A DNA stretch of 64,000 nucleotides. Origin: an uncultured Alphaproteobacteria bacterium. Lineage in GTDB: Bacteria; Pseudomonadota; Alphaproteobacteria; Rhizobiales; Methyloligellaceae. The number at the start of each line of letters is the position of its first letter. The first letter of the stretch is position 1. A program made the position numbers and the translations under genes. The stretch covers positions 144,549 through 208,548 of the forward strand of contig CAWGTS010000002.1 of assembly GCA_963825655.1 (NCBI GenBank), written 5' to 3'. The notes beneath the pieces were generated by a model. That model was not told where the DNA came from. It was given only the letters and a program-made list of their open reading frames with translations, and did no database searches. Below are positions 41,532 through 50,668 of this stretch, piece by piece.

Positions 41532-41744
41532 CTAGTTATTGATGATGTCGCTCTCTTCCATCTCGCGGGCCTCACCCGGATCGGGAAGGTCGTTCGGGGT
41601 CGGCTTCATCCAGGAACCCTCGGGATTGGGGTCGTTGTTCTGGTCGAGCTGGATGGGGTCGTTCTCGCTCGTGGCGTCGTCGACGGCCCAGGCGCTGCCG
41701 GCGAAGAAGGTGATGGCGATCACGGCAACGAGGGTGCGAAGCAT
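41532..41744 (-). CDS. Small acidic secreted protein (70 aa)
   Basis: RBS GGAG; MLRTLVAVIAITFFAGSAWA signal; D/E/N/P-rich mature part. Confidence 0.7.
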   Translation of the reverse strand: MLRTLVAVIAITFFAGSAWAVDDATSENDPIQLDQNNDPNPEGSWMKPTPNDLPDPGEAREMEESDIINN

Positions 41745-41935
41745 GTTTAACGTCTCCTTTGGGTCGCCCGCGGGGTCCCGGCCGGGATGGCGCGAGACGA
41801 TCTCGCCGCGGGGCGATGATGCTGGCTTTCTTGCCATTTTCCGAATTCCGTTTTCCGCGTGAAGATGCAGGCAAAAAGAAGCCCCGCTCCCCCGGGGGGG
41901 GACGGGGCGGGGCCTCTTCGTCGGCGAGGGGCGCG

Positions 41936-42238
41936 CTAGTAGTCGTTGCGCGAGCCGCGCCAATATTCGCCGTCGTCTGAGCGTCCGTAAGTGCCCGGCG
42001 CCGTATCCGGCGGCGCATAAGCTTTCACGTAAGGCAGCGCATAGCGGTCGTAGTAGTACCGTCCTTCGTCGCCATCGTCGGCTAGCACTTGGCCGAAGCT
42101 CATCAACAGCGCCGCCGTAAACAGTGCGCCGGTGAGCAGAAATGAGAAGATCGCCGGCATGCGGCTTGGCGTATAGGCAATGACCCCGTGGTTCTTGAGA
42201 ACGCGCTGGGTCTCAGGCGAAAGGGCCTGGTGAGACAT
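41936..42238 (-). CDS. Small membrane-anchored protein with Tyr-rich tail
   Basis: RBS GGAGG; one hydrophobic segment; 100 aa. Confidence 0.6.
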   Translation of the reverse strand: MSHQALSPETQRVLKNHGVIAYTPSRMPAIFSFLLTGALFTAALLMSFGQVLADDGDEGRYYYDRYALPYVKAYAPPDTAPGTYGRSDDGEYWRGSRNDY

Positions 42239-42518
42239 GGCTGGATGGCCTCCTGTTAGGCTGCGGCCCGGCTGAACAACTTTCCGGGCTCTTATCCACG
42301 GTCTAACAGAGGCGCCTGAAGAAACTGGTCAGCGCGCTGCCGCCAATTTTAGGGAAAAACGACGGAACCCGTTCAGCTTTTGGCCAGCCGACCGAGCTGG
42401 ACTAAGAGAGCTCCGGAAAACTTAGTGCTGCATTGCAACATCGCGGGCCTTGTCTTATATCCCGAGTGAGAACAATGGGGCGCCTGCGGGCGCCGGCTGG
42501 GAATCCAAGGGCGATTAC

Positions 42519-42875
42519 GTGCTCCTAACCATGTTGAAGGCCAAGCTGCACCGGGCGACGGTGACGGGCGCGGACATGCACTATGAGGGGTCGATCGGCA
42601 TCGACCGCGACTTGCTGGATGCCTCCGGCGTTCTGCCGCATGAGCAGGTGGACGTGCTGAACATCAATAGCGGCGCGCGCTTCACGACCTACGCCATCGA
42701 GGCGCCGCGCGGCTCCGCGGATATCTGCGTGAACGGCGCCGCGGCGCGCCTGGTGCAGAAGGGCGACAAGGTCATCATCGTCGCCTATTGCCAGATCCCG
42801 GCCGAAGAAGCGCGCAACTACCGGCCAACCGTCTTGGTGCTCGGCGAAGGCAACGACATCGTCCGCATGCCGTAA
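42519..42875 (+). CDS. panD: Aspartate 1-decarboxylase
   Basis: [16 protein letters not shown] autocleavage site; RFTTYAI; NGAAAR. Confidence 0.95.
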   Translation: MLLTMLKAKLHRATVTGADMHYEGSIGIDRDLLDASGVLPHEQVDVLNINSGARFTTYAIEAPRGSADICVNGAAARLVQKGDKVIIVAYCQIPAEEARNYRPTVLVLGEGNDIVRMP

Positions 42876-42896
42876 CGCCCGGCGCAGCTTTTCGCC

Positions 42897-44960
42897 TTAC
42901 AATCCAAATGGATACGTGTCGTCAGGCCCATGCGGATGAGCTTGCGGCCGCGCGGCCACTGCTTGCGTCTGCGAGAACCAGATCCATGCATCGAACTGCC
43001 GCGACAGCTCCGCCTGGAAGTAATGGGAGAGAAGCTCTGTCTCGGGGCGGTAGATCACCCCGATCGCCCGCTCCAGTAGCGGCTCGGCCAGAGGTTCGCG
43101 AACGGCGTCTTGCTGTCCCGGCCCCGTCTCCATGAAGAATGCGGCAATACCGGCATCCCGTGAGCGGCCTTCGTAGGAATCGCTGCGGGCGGGGCGCACG
43201 CGCTTGATCTCCATGGGCTCGTCCCAGTTGGAGGCGGCCGCGACCGTGCCGCGGTCGGTGCCGAACCCGATAAGGGCGCAATCCTCGCCGAAGCGTGCGC
43301 GGGCAAGTTGCCCGATATTATGCTCGCCGCGCACCTGGCCCATTTCCGTGTACGCCGCGTCGCCGATATGAGAGTTGTGCGCCCAGACCACGGCTTTCGA
43401 GTCGGGCCCGCGGTGCGCGAGTACCCGCTCGAGCGTATCGAACATGTGCTGATCGCGCAGGTTCCAGGACTGGGCGTCGCCGTAATACATGATGCGATAA
43501 TATTGCTCGGCCGCGGTCACGATGCGCGCGTTCTGTTCCGCGTTGAAGAAGGACTCGCCGTCCCTGGCGAGATAACCGAGCCGGTTCTTCAGGAGATCGA
43601 CTAGCGCCTCGGTGACGGGCTTCTCGCAAACGGCAAAACCTCGCGACAGCGCCATGCGCCCATATTGCGCAGGCTCGGCGCGGAACGGCGCCAGGCAGCC
43701 ATATCGATGCCGGGCAATGCGCGCGGCTTGCGGATCGACCCGATCGAGATAGGCGAGCACCGCCTCGATGGAAGCCGCCAGGCTGTACACATCGAGGCCA
43801 TAGAAGCCGGCGCGCAGATCGGGATCGGCGATCGTCTCATTGATGGCCTTTAGCCGCCCGAGGAAGGCCGTCACTTGGCCGTTCCGCCACATCCAGGCGG
43901 GAAAGCGCGAGAAGGGGACTCTCGGCAGTTGCGGACGGGCCAGTCCCCGCACATGGGCATCGTACACCCGCGCATCGGGCCAATCGGCCTCCACGGCGAC
44001 GATATTGAAGCCGTGCTTCTTGACCAGAAGCTCGGTGATGCGCGCGCGGGCATCATAGAACTCCGCCGTGCCGTGGGTCGCCTCGCCGAGCAGCACCACG
44101 CGGCGGTCAGCGAAGCGTTCGGCGAGCGATGCCAGTTCATCAAGGTCGCCGAACGGTTCGGCGGCTTCCGCGATCAAATGGCTCAGATTTGTCCGAACGA
44201 CCTCGGCGCGCTTGGAGGGGACGAGGAGACCGTTCGCGAAGCCGGACGTTTCAGCATCGATACGTGTTTCTGCCTTCGCTTTTTCCGGAGCGTCCCAGCC
44301 TTCTTCGCCGATCAGCGGCACGAACGTGACAGCACCGTGATCTTCCGCTTCGAACGTGTCGTGTCCGGTGCGCCGCACGCGCAGCAAGGTCTGATGCACG
44401 TCGCGGCCCACGGGGATCACGAGTTGTCCGCCGATCGTCAATTGCCGCTTCAGGGCCTCGGGCACTTTGGGCCCGCCGGCGGACACGATGATCGCATCGT
44501 AAGGAGCGCTTTCCGGCCGGCCTTTGGTGCCGTCGGCGCAAATGATCTCCACATTGTGGTAGCCGAGCCGGTCCTCGCGGGCGCGGGCTTGCGTGGCCAG
44601 CGCCTCGTGGCGCTCGATGGCGTAGACTTCGCCGGCGATGCGGCTCATCACGGCTGCCGCGTAGCCGGAGCCGGCGCCCACTTCGAGCACCTTGTCGCCG
44701 GGCTTGAGCTCGGCGAGCTCGATCATCCGCGCCACGATATAGGGCTGGGAGATGGTTTGCCCGGCTTCGATGGGAAGCGCGGAATCCTCATAGGCGAATT
44801 CGGTCAAGAACTCGCCCACGAACGCCTCGCGGGGCACCTGACCCATGGCCTCTAGAACGCGAGGGTCGTGGATGCCGCGCGCTTCGAGATGGCGCGACAC
44901 CATGATAGCGCGGTCGCGGGCGAGGGGATCCCCGCCCAGCTCGGGATTGAGGGCGGTCAT
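42897..44960 (-). CDS. Protein-L-isoaspartate O-methyltransferase fused to an erythromycin-esterase-like domain
   Basis: N-terminal GQTISQPYIVA and VLEVGAGSGY; C-terminal LLGEATHGT.EFY, VEADWPD, WNLRD, WAHNSH; start uncertain. Confidence 0.85.
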   Translation of the reverse strand: MTALNPELGGDPLARDRAIMVSRHLEARGIHDPRVLEAMGQVPREAFVGEFLTEFAYEDSALPIEAGQTISQPYIVARMIELAELKPGDKVLEVGAGSGYAAAVMSRIAGEVYAIERHEALATQARAREDRLGYHNVEIICADGTKGRPESAPYDAIIVSAGGPKVPEALKRQLTIGGQLVIPVGRDVHQTLLRVRRTGHDTFEAEDHGAVTFVPLIGEEGWDAPEKAKAETRIDAETSGFANGLLVPSKRAEVVRTNLSHLIAEAAEPFGDLDELASLAERFADRRVVLLGEATHGTAEFYDARARITELLVKKHGFNIVAVEADWPDARVYDAHVRGLARPQLPRVPFSRFPAWMWRNGQVTAFLGRLKAINETIADPDLRAGFYGLDVYSLAASIEAVLAYLDRVDPQAARIARHRYGCLAPFRAEPAQYGRMALSRGFAVCEKPVTEALVDLLKNRLGYLARDGESFFNAEQNARIVTAAEQYYRIMYYGDAQSWNLRDQHMFDTLERVLAHRGPDSKAVVWAHNSHIGDAAYTEMGQVRGEHNIGQLARARFGEDCALIGFGTDRGTVAAASNWDEPMEIKRVRPARSDSYEGRSRDAGIAAFFMETGPGQQDAVREPLAEPLLERAIGVIYRPETELLSHYFQAELSRQFDAWIWFSQTQAVAARPQAHPHGPDDTYPFGL

Positions 44961-45050
44961 GAGAGGAAAACTACCGTGAACCGCGATAGTTCGGCCTTGA
45001 TCTGGATCAGTCTGAGTGTTGGTTCTCAACGCGTCAGCGTCCCAATCGCG

Positions 45051-45773
45051 TCAGCGCAACTCCCACGTCACGCGGAGCCGCACCTGTACGGTCGTGGTCC
45101 CGGCTTCGATCGGTACGGCCTTGTCCATGGCCATGGGCGCCGCAGCTTCGGCATAGCGCGGGATATAGCCGCCGTCCTCCTCGGTGATGGTGAGCACGGG
45201 CCCGAGCTCGACGCCGGCCGTCTCCGCATAAAGCTTCGCGTCGGCGATGGCGTTGCGCATGGCCTGTTTGCGCGCCTCGTCCTTCAGCTCTTCAGGCTCC
45301 GACACCCCGAATTCGATCGAGCCGATTTGATTGGCCCCGAGCCGCACCACCGTGTCCAGAATCTCGCCGAGCTTTTCGGTATCCCGCACGGTGATGTGGA
45401 CTTGGTTCGTCACCCGGTAGCCCGTGATGAAGGCGGCCTGGCCTTGCTTTTTTTGCTCGTAGATTGGTGACACGGAGAAATTCGTGGTCTGGATGTCCTT
45501 GGAGTCGATGCCCGCCTCTTTGAGCCCGGCCACGACCTTGCTCATCGCTTCGGTGTTCTTGTCGAGCGCGTCCCGCGCGGTCTGGCCTTCGGCGGTGACG
45601 CCCGTGGTGATGTCCACCTTGTCGGGCGTGGTCTTCACCGCGCCCGTGGCGGACAGCGATAGGGTGCGCTTCTCGGGCGCATCGGCGAGCGCGGCCGGCG
45701 CTTCGAAGGCGAGGAAGGAGGCGAGCAGGGCGAGCGCCGGGAAGACGAGCTTCAAGGGTGAGGAAAGGGTCAT
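45051..45773 (-). CDS. SIMPL (DUF541) periplasmic protein
   Basis: Signal peptide; G.V...PD; DIQT.NFSV.P.Y; GY.V.N. Confidence 0.88.
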   Translation of the reverse strand: MTLSSPLKLVFPALALLASFLAFEAPAALADAPEKRTLSLSATGAVKTTPDKVDITTGVTAEGQTARDALDKNTEAMSKVVAGLKEAGIDSKDIQTTNFSVSPIYEQKKQGQAAFITGYRVTNQVHITVRDTEKLGEILDTVVRLGANQIGSIEFGVSEPEELKDEARKQAMRNAIADAKLYAETAGVELGPVLTITEEDGGYIPRYAEAAAPMAMDKAVPIEAGTTTVQVRLRVTWELR

Positions 45774-45902
45774 TGTCTGGGAGATTTCCGCAATTGGAGG
45801 GATCGGTTCGGTGTTGGGAGTATCAGGAATCTGCTATGAGGCGGAATTGTGAGGCGCGAATAGCATCCCGAAACACAAGGGATTTTGCTTATCCTCGCGT
45901 GG

Positions 45903-45979
45903 GGGCCCGTAGCTCAATTGGTTAGAGCCGGCGGCTCATAACCGTCTGGTTGGAGGTTCGAGCCCTCCCGGGCCCACCA
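45903..45979 (+). tRNA. tRNA with CAT anticodon, probably tRNA-Ile2 (lysidine type)
   Basis: Acceptor GGGCCCG/CGGGCCC-A-CCA; anticodon loop CTCATAA; GGTTCGA T-loop; lacks initiator features. Confidence 0.92.
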
Positions 45980-46106
45980 CCCTTCGCTCCCGCTTCCGCG
46001 AGCTACAAGCCGGGGGACACCCGTAACCCGCGCGTCAGCATTCCGGCAGGCGGATATCCTCGGCGGCCTTAACGGCGTCCGCCAAGTAGCCGAGGATCGC
46101 CTTCAG

Positions 46107-46367
46107 CTAGCGACCGAGCGCTTGACGTTTACGGTTCACTTCTGCCTGAGAGACGGCGCCGGCCTGGATCAGTCCTTTGACGCACCGTTTGCTCAAATAA
46201 TTCCCGTGGGCGCGCATGCAATTCTGCAAGCCTCTGGTCTCAAGTCCCCATTGGCCGCAGAACCGCCGGTAGTCTTCTGCGCATTTTCTCTTGCCGGCCT
46301 CGGCCGTGCTCACGGCGCCGACGATCACAGCAAAGACAATGAGCAGAATTGCGCGATGGTACGTCAT
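46107..46367 (-). CDS. Small secreted four-Cys protein (86 aa)
   Basis: Signal peptide (AEA); C..DYRRFC...C..H..LS..C cysteine-rich-repeat pattern. Confidence 0.75.
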   Translation of the reverse strand: MTYHRAILLIVFAVIVGAVSTAEAGKRKCAEDYRRFCGQWGLETRGLQNCMRAHGNYLSKRCVKGLIQAGAVSQAEVNRKRQALGR

Positions 46368-46884
46368 TGACTTCTTTCCTTTTTGCTTTGGCTTAAAGCT
46401 TGTAGCTGGCGCGTAACGGCTAGGCTTGGCGGCTGAAGCCGACATTGTCGCCGATGACCGTGGTGGGTCCGATGGGCAACGGTTCGGGGTTATCGCCCAA
46501 GACGCCCCCGCCAACAGGGCGGACTGCCTGGCGGCCGGAGGCATCTGGGATGCCCAGAACAGCGCTTGCGTTGAGAAAGAGTAACATAGCGGCGGCGGGT
46601 CACGGTTAGGTCCGGGCCCGCCGCTCGATTGCTTCCCTGCAGCGTCCGACAAATGCGGGAAACCACGCCCGGCCCCTCGAGGCCGCTGCAGCAATCCATA
46701 ACCAACCGCGACAAGCCTCGCCGGTCCCTGTGGACGTCGCCATACCGAAACTGGACCACGGTGAACCAACCACACTTTGGGTAATTCAGGGGCAGGCTGC
46801 CTTAGTTTGCATCGGCTGGGAACGCAGCCCGCCAGTGCTGGTTAGTGATGCGCCTTGCATCGTCGCAGGCGTCAAACAGAGGGT

Positions 46885-47028
46885 ATGACCATGAAGTATT
46901 TCGTTTCCATGCTTGCCATCGCGTCGGCGCTTGCCGTCACCAGCCCCGCTTTCGCCGGCGATACCCAGGCCGACTGCGAGGCGGCGGGCGGCACCTGGAA
47001 TGTCGATACCGCGAGCTGCGAGCAGTAA
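46885..47028 (+). CDS. Small secreted peptide (47 aa precursor), absent from the ORF track
   Basis: RBS AGAGGG; MTMKYFVSMLAIASALAVTSPAFA-GDTQADCEAAGGTWNVDTASCEQ; terminator hairpin follows at about 47042-47067. Confidence 0.7.
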   Translation: MTMKYFVSMLAIASALAVTSPAFAGDTQADCEAAGGTWNVDTASCEQ

Positions 47029-47067
47029 GCGAGCTTTTGGTGGCGGGCCTCTCGGGCCCGCCGCTTT

Positions 47068-47754
47068 CTACTCAAACGCATAGCCTAATAGCTTGATTTC
47101 CGGCGCATACCACTCCGCCACGCGATCTCGCAGCTCCGGCGTGTAGTAGCTGCGATAGTCTGCGGACTCCGAGACGTTTGTCTTCGGCAGGGCGAGTTCC
47201 GTCTCGACGCCCACAGTCTGCATGACCGACGCAAGATCCTCACTCAGCGTCTCGAAGCGTCCGATGAAGTCGACCGCCACCGTACCGTTGATCGCATAAA
47301 GCTCGTAATTCCGAACGAAGGCGGTGCGGCTGCGCATGAAGCGCTCGAAGCTCGGGCGCCGGCGTTTGCTTTTTGTCTTGTAGTGGTACCAGGAGACTTG
47401 CCTGTCCCACGGATTGCGATCGAAGGCGAACTTGTAATAGCTGCGCCAAACGTCTTCGCCGACATACTCGCGGATTTGCCACGCGGGCATATGCTCGTAG
47501 AAGCCGACGCTCGGATGCCAATAGCGTTCCGGGCGCCCGAACAGCGTCCGCCACCAGGGGCGTTTGGGTTTCGCGGGATGCTCAATCCGATAGTTCTGAG
47601 GACCGCGTCCTGCGCGATAGGGTTCGTTATCGGCGCGGAAGGGCGTGATCACGGCCCGTCCGCCGCAAAGCGACGTCAGCGCCGCCTCGATGCTGGTGCC
47701 GGCCGTCTTGTTGGTCTTGATGAAGATGAAGCGATGCGTGTGCGAGATAATCAT
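47068..47754 (-). CDS. Sulfotransferase family 2 protein, paralog 1
   Basis: KTNKTAGTS (5'-PSB loop); RNPWDRQVSWY (3'-PB). Confidence 0.85.
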   Translation of the reverse strand: MIISHTHRFIFIKTNKTAGTSIEAALTSLCGGRAVITPFRADNEPYRAGRGPQNYRIEHPAKPKRPWWRTLFGRPERYWHPSVGFYEHMPAWQIREYVGEDVWRSYYKFAFDRNPWDRQVSWYHYKTKSKRRRPSFERFMRSRTAFVRNYELYAINGTVAVDFIGRFETLSEDLASVMQTVGVETELALPKTNVSESADYRSYYTPELRDRVAEWYAPEIKLLGYAFE

Positions 47755-47760
47755 GACGGA

Positions 47761-48453
47761 TCAGAATTCGTAGCCGAGTAGCGCGATTTCAGGGCGATAC
47801 CATTCGCCGATGAGGCGCTGCGTTTCCGGTGTGTAGTACGCCTGATAGTCCCGTTGATCCTTTCTGATATCGCCTTTAGCCCGCGGGAGCGAGGGAGTCG
47901 CCGTCAGGCCCACGTGAGAAAGTGCGCGTTTTAGATCGTCTTCGAGCGTCTCATAGCGTCCCACGAAGTCGACCGCGACATCGCCGCCGATCGAATAGAT
48001 CTCGTAGTTGTTGAGGCGCGCCCGCCGGTCTGTCGCGATGAAGCGATCGAAGGACGGTCGCGTATCCGCGTCGCGATAGCAGTAGTGATAGTAGGAGACC
48101 TCGCGGTCCCAGGGATTTCGATCGAAGGCGAACTTGAAATAACTGTGCCACAATTGGTCGTCATTGATGAGGGCCTTCGCCGCCCCGGCCGTCATGTGGT
48201 TGTAGAAGCCATGGTCCTGGGGGGCGGCCCTTAATATACGGCGCTTCCAAATGGGACGCGGACTCTGCCACCAGCCATGCTGCCGCCAATTCTGCGGGCC
48301 GCGTATGCCGGCGCGAAGGCGCTCGTCGGTCTCGACCAGCGGTGTGAGCACATCTTCATCGCCGCAAAGCGACGATAGGGCCACCTCGATGCTCGTGCCC
48401 GCTGTCTTCTTCGTCTTCAGAAAGATGAACTTATGCTTATGCGAGATGATCAT
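47761..48453 (-). CDS. Sulfotransferase family 2 protein, paralog 2
   Basis: KTKKTAGTS; RNPWDREVSYY. Confidence 0.85.
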   Translation of the reverse strand: MIISHKHKFIFLKTKKTAGTSIEVALSSLCGDEDVLTPLVETDERLRAGIRGPQNWRQHGWWQSPRPIWKRRILRAAPQDHGFYNHMTAGAAKALINDDQLWHSYFKFAFDRNPWDREVSYYHYCYRDADTRPSFDRFIATDRRARLNNYEIYSIGGDVAVDFVGRYETLEDDLKRALSHVGLTATPSLPRAKGDIRKDQRDYQAYYTPETQRLIGEWYRPEIALLGYEF

Positions 48454-48718
48454 AGGCCCTGATCGCGCTTCGGCTCGACTGATTGCGGCCAGAAACTAAT
48501 CGTTTGGCCCGGGTCCCGGCAAGGTTTCCGCGAGTCAGCTTCTCTGCTCGTAGGGGCTAGGATGGCGTCCCCGCGGAAGGCATAGCGACATTTTGGGTAG
48601 TATCGAGGCAGGCGACTCTTCTCATAGTAGCTAGGAACGAGCGCGAACGAAGGGATGTTCTTCCGCGCCTGCACCCGCCCGCGGTGGCCGGGCAAGGCTG
48701 GCGAAGGAACGGATAAGA

Positions 48719-49324
48719 ATGGCCGGGAACAGCAAGCTTATCGAGGCCTACGCGCAGATCCATGCAACTGGGACCTATGGCAACACGTCGCTCAAGAGCT
48801 TGCGCTTGCTGCGCCCGGAGATCCAGCTCCTCAAGCCTCGATCCGTGGTCGACTATGGCTGCGGGCAGAGCGTCGTCGCCGACCGGCTTGATCTCGGCTA
48901 TCCGCTCGATCTCTACCGCTACGACCCGGCGATCCCCGCTTTCGCCGAGAAGCCCAAGGTGATGGCCGATCTCCTCATCAATATCGACGTGCTCGAACAT
49001 ATCGAGGAACTTGACCTCGACGACGTGCTGGCCGACATGCGCTCCATGTGCCGCGACGCGTTGATCGTCGTGGATACCGCGACCGCGAAGCGCTTGCTGC
49101 CCGACGGGCGGAACCTGCATGTCACGCTGAAGCCCCATGATTGGTGGCGGGCGCGCATCGGCAAGCATTTCGGCGCGCTGCATCCCGTACGCACGTTGCG
49201 CACGGCACGCGCCGGCTTCAAGACCTGGCAGCGTAGTCCGGCGGACACGCTCCGTTATCACATGATGCGGGCGCGCGAGGATGTGCGCTATTACGCCAAG
49301 CGGATGCGGGGAAAAGTGTACTAG
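48719..49324 (+). CDS. Class I SAM-dependent methyltransferase
   Basis: VVDYGCG motif I; YDPA; DVLEHI. Confidence 0.85.
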   Translation: MAGNSKLIEAYAQIHATGTYGNTSLKSLRLLRPEIQLLKPRSVVDYGCGQSVVADRLDLGYPLDLYRYDPAIPAFAEKPKVMADLLINIDVLEHIEELDLDDVLADMRSMCRDALIVVDTATAKRLLPDGRNLHVTLKPHDWWRARIGKHFGALHPVRTLRTARAGFKTWQRSPADTLRYHMMRAREDVRYYAKRMRGKVY

Positions 49325-49335
49325 GGCAAGCCGGC

Positions 49336-50022
49336 CTAGAACTCGTAGCCGAACGCCTCGATCTCGGGCGCGTACCAGTCCTCGACGAGCTTGCGCGTCT
49401 TATCCGTATAGAGCGTCCGGTAGTCGCCCCGGCTGCCAAAGACATTGAGCTCGGGCAGGAGTGCAGTGTTCTCGATGCCGACCTCCTTAAGCACATGGGC
49501 GAGGTCGTCGCCCAGCGTCTCGTAGCGGCCGAGAAAGTCCACCGCGACTTTGCCGTCGGTGGTGTAGAGCGAGTAGTTCTCCACGCACGCCTTCTCCTTG
49601 TCGGCCATGAAGCTCTCGAAGGAGGGGCGCTGTGTCTTGCTCTTGGTCTTGTAGAAATACCAGGAGATCTGCTTGTCCCAGGGATTCCGCTCGAAGGTGA
49701 ACTTGTAATAGCTGTTCCAGATCTCCTCGCCCACATAGGCCTTGATGCGCCAAGCGGGAATGTGCTCGTAAAAGCCGATCGTCGGGTGATAGACGCGCTC
49801 CGGCCGCAGCAGAAAACGGCGGAGCAGCGAGCGTTTCGGCACGAGCGGGTGGTCAAGCCGGAAGTTTTGCGGAGGCATGCGCTCGCCCGTCATCAACCGG
49901 TCGGTGGTAGGTGTGATCACGTCCTCGGGCCCGCAGATCCGCGAGAGCATCGCCTCGATGCTCGACGAGGCCGTCTTGCGCGTCTTGATGTAGATGAACT
50001 TATGCTTGTGCGAGAGGATCAT
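49336..50022 (-). CDS. Sulfotransferase family 2 protein, paralog 3
   Basis: KTRKTASSS; RNPWDKQISWY. Confidence 0.85.
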   Translation of the reverse strand: MILSHKHKFIYIKTRKTASSSIEAMLSRICGPEDVITPTTDRLMTGERMPPQNFRLDHPLVPKRSLLRRFLLRPERVYHPTIGFYEHIPAWRIKAYVGEEIWNSYYKFTFERNPWDKQISWYFYKTKSKTQRPSFESFMADKEKACVENYSLYTTDGKVAVDFLGRYETLGDDLAHVLKEVGIENTALLPELNVFGSRGDYRTLYTDKTRKLVEDWYAPEIEAFGYEF

Positions 50023-50103
50023 CGGCCTTGAGGCGCGCGCCGCAGCGGACTGGAATAGCGGGCAGAAACTAGTCGGTCCCGGCGGGCTTCGGCAAGGTGG
50101 CCC

Positions 50104-50508
50104 TTAGCTTTTCTGCCTGGCGAGCCAGATTGCCAGGTCTTCCAGGATCGCGCCGAAATGGATTTCCGGGATCTTCAGGGCGTGGGACAGGTCCTGAAGC
50201 TTCTTGCGCTCTTCGCCCGCGATCCTGTCGTCGGCGAGCAGCACGAGATAGGCCGAGCGGATCATCTCTTCCTTGGTGTCCTGGTCGAGAGTCTCTGAGG
50301 CCGCGGCGAAGTTCGCGAGCATGTGGCCGCCGGCGTTGTCGCCGGCCGCGCGGGCGATCTCATCGGCGGTCAGCGTCCGGCCCGACTGGTCCTTGTAGAC
50401 CTGCTGGATGAGGCCGACTTCGCGGGAATCGAGACGCCCGTCCGAGGCCGCGATCGCTATCATCGCCTTGAGGATCCATTCGGCATGAGGGTCTTTTGCG
50501 GGTGCCAC
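50104..50508 (-). CDS. TerB-like helical domain protein
   Basis: IAASDGRLD.RE; VLLADD.IA.EE; RBS AAGGAG before GTG at 50508. Confidence 0.75.
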   Translation of the reverse strand: MAPAKDPHAEWILKAMIAIAASDGRLDSREVGLIQQVYKDQSGRTLTADEIARAAGDNAGGHMLANFAAASETLDQDTKEEMIRSAYLVLLADDRIAGEERKKLQDLSHALKIPEIHFGAILEDLAIWLARQKS

Positions 50509-50668
50509 GTCATGCTCCTTCTCTTTCTTCACCTGCCGCCAATACTGCTGAGGCGCAAGCCCTTTGCCAACCCGCGCCGGGGCGATTCGGGGAAAACGAA
50601 GCTTTGGAGCCAGCGCCATGATTGGGCTATGACGCTGGCAGCCATCCCAGCCGAGGTCCAAGCCAGCG

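Noticed and set aside
46036-46107. Short protein-like frame (LKAILGYLADAVKAAEDIRLPEC) on the minus strand after the tRNA
   Set aside because: Too short, no start codon, no recognisable family
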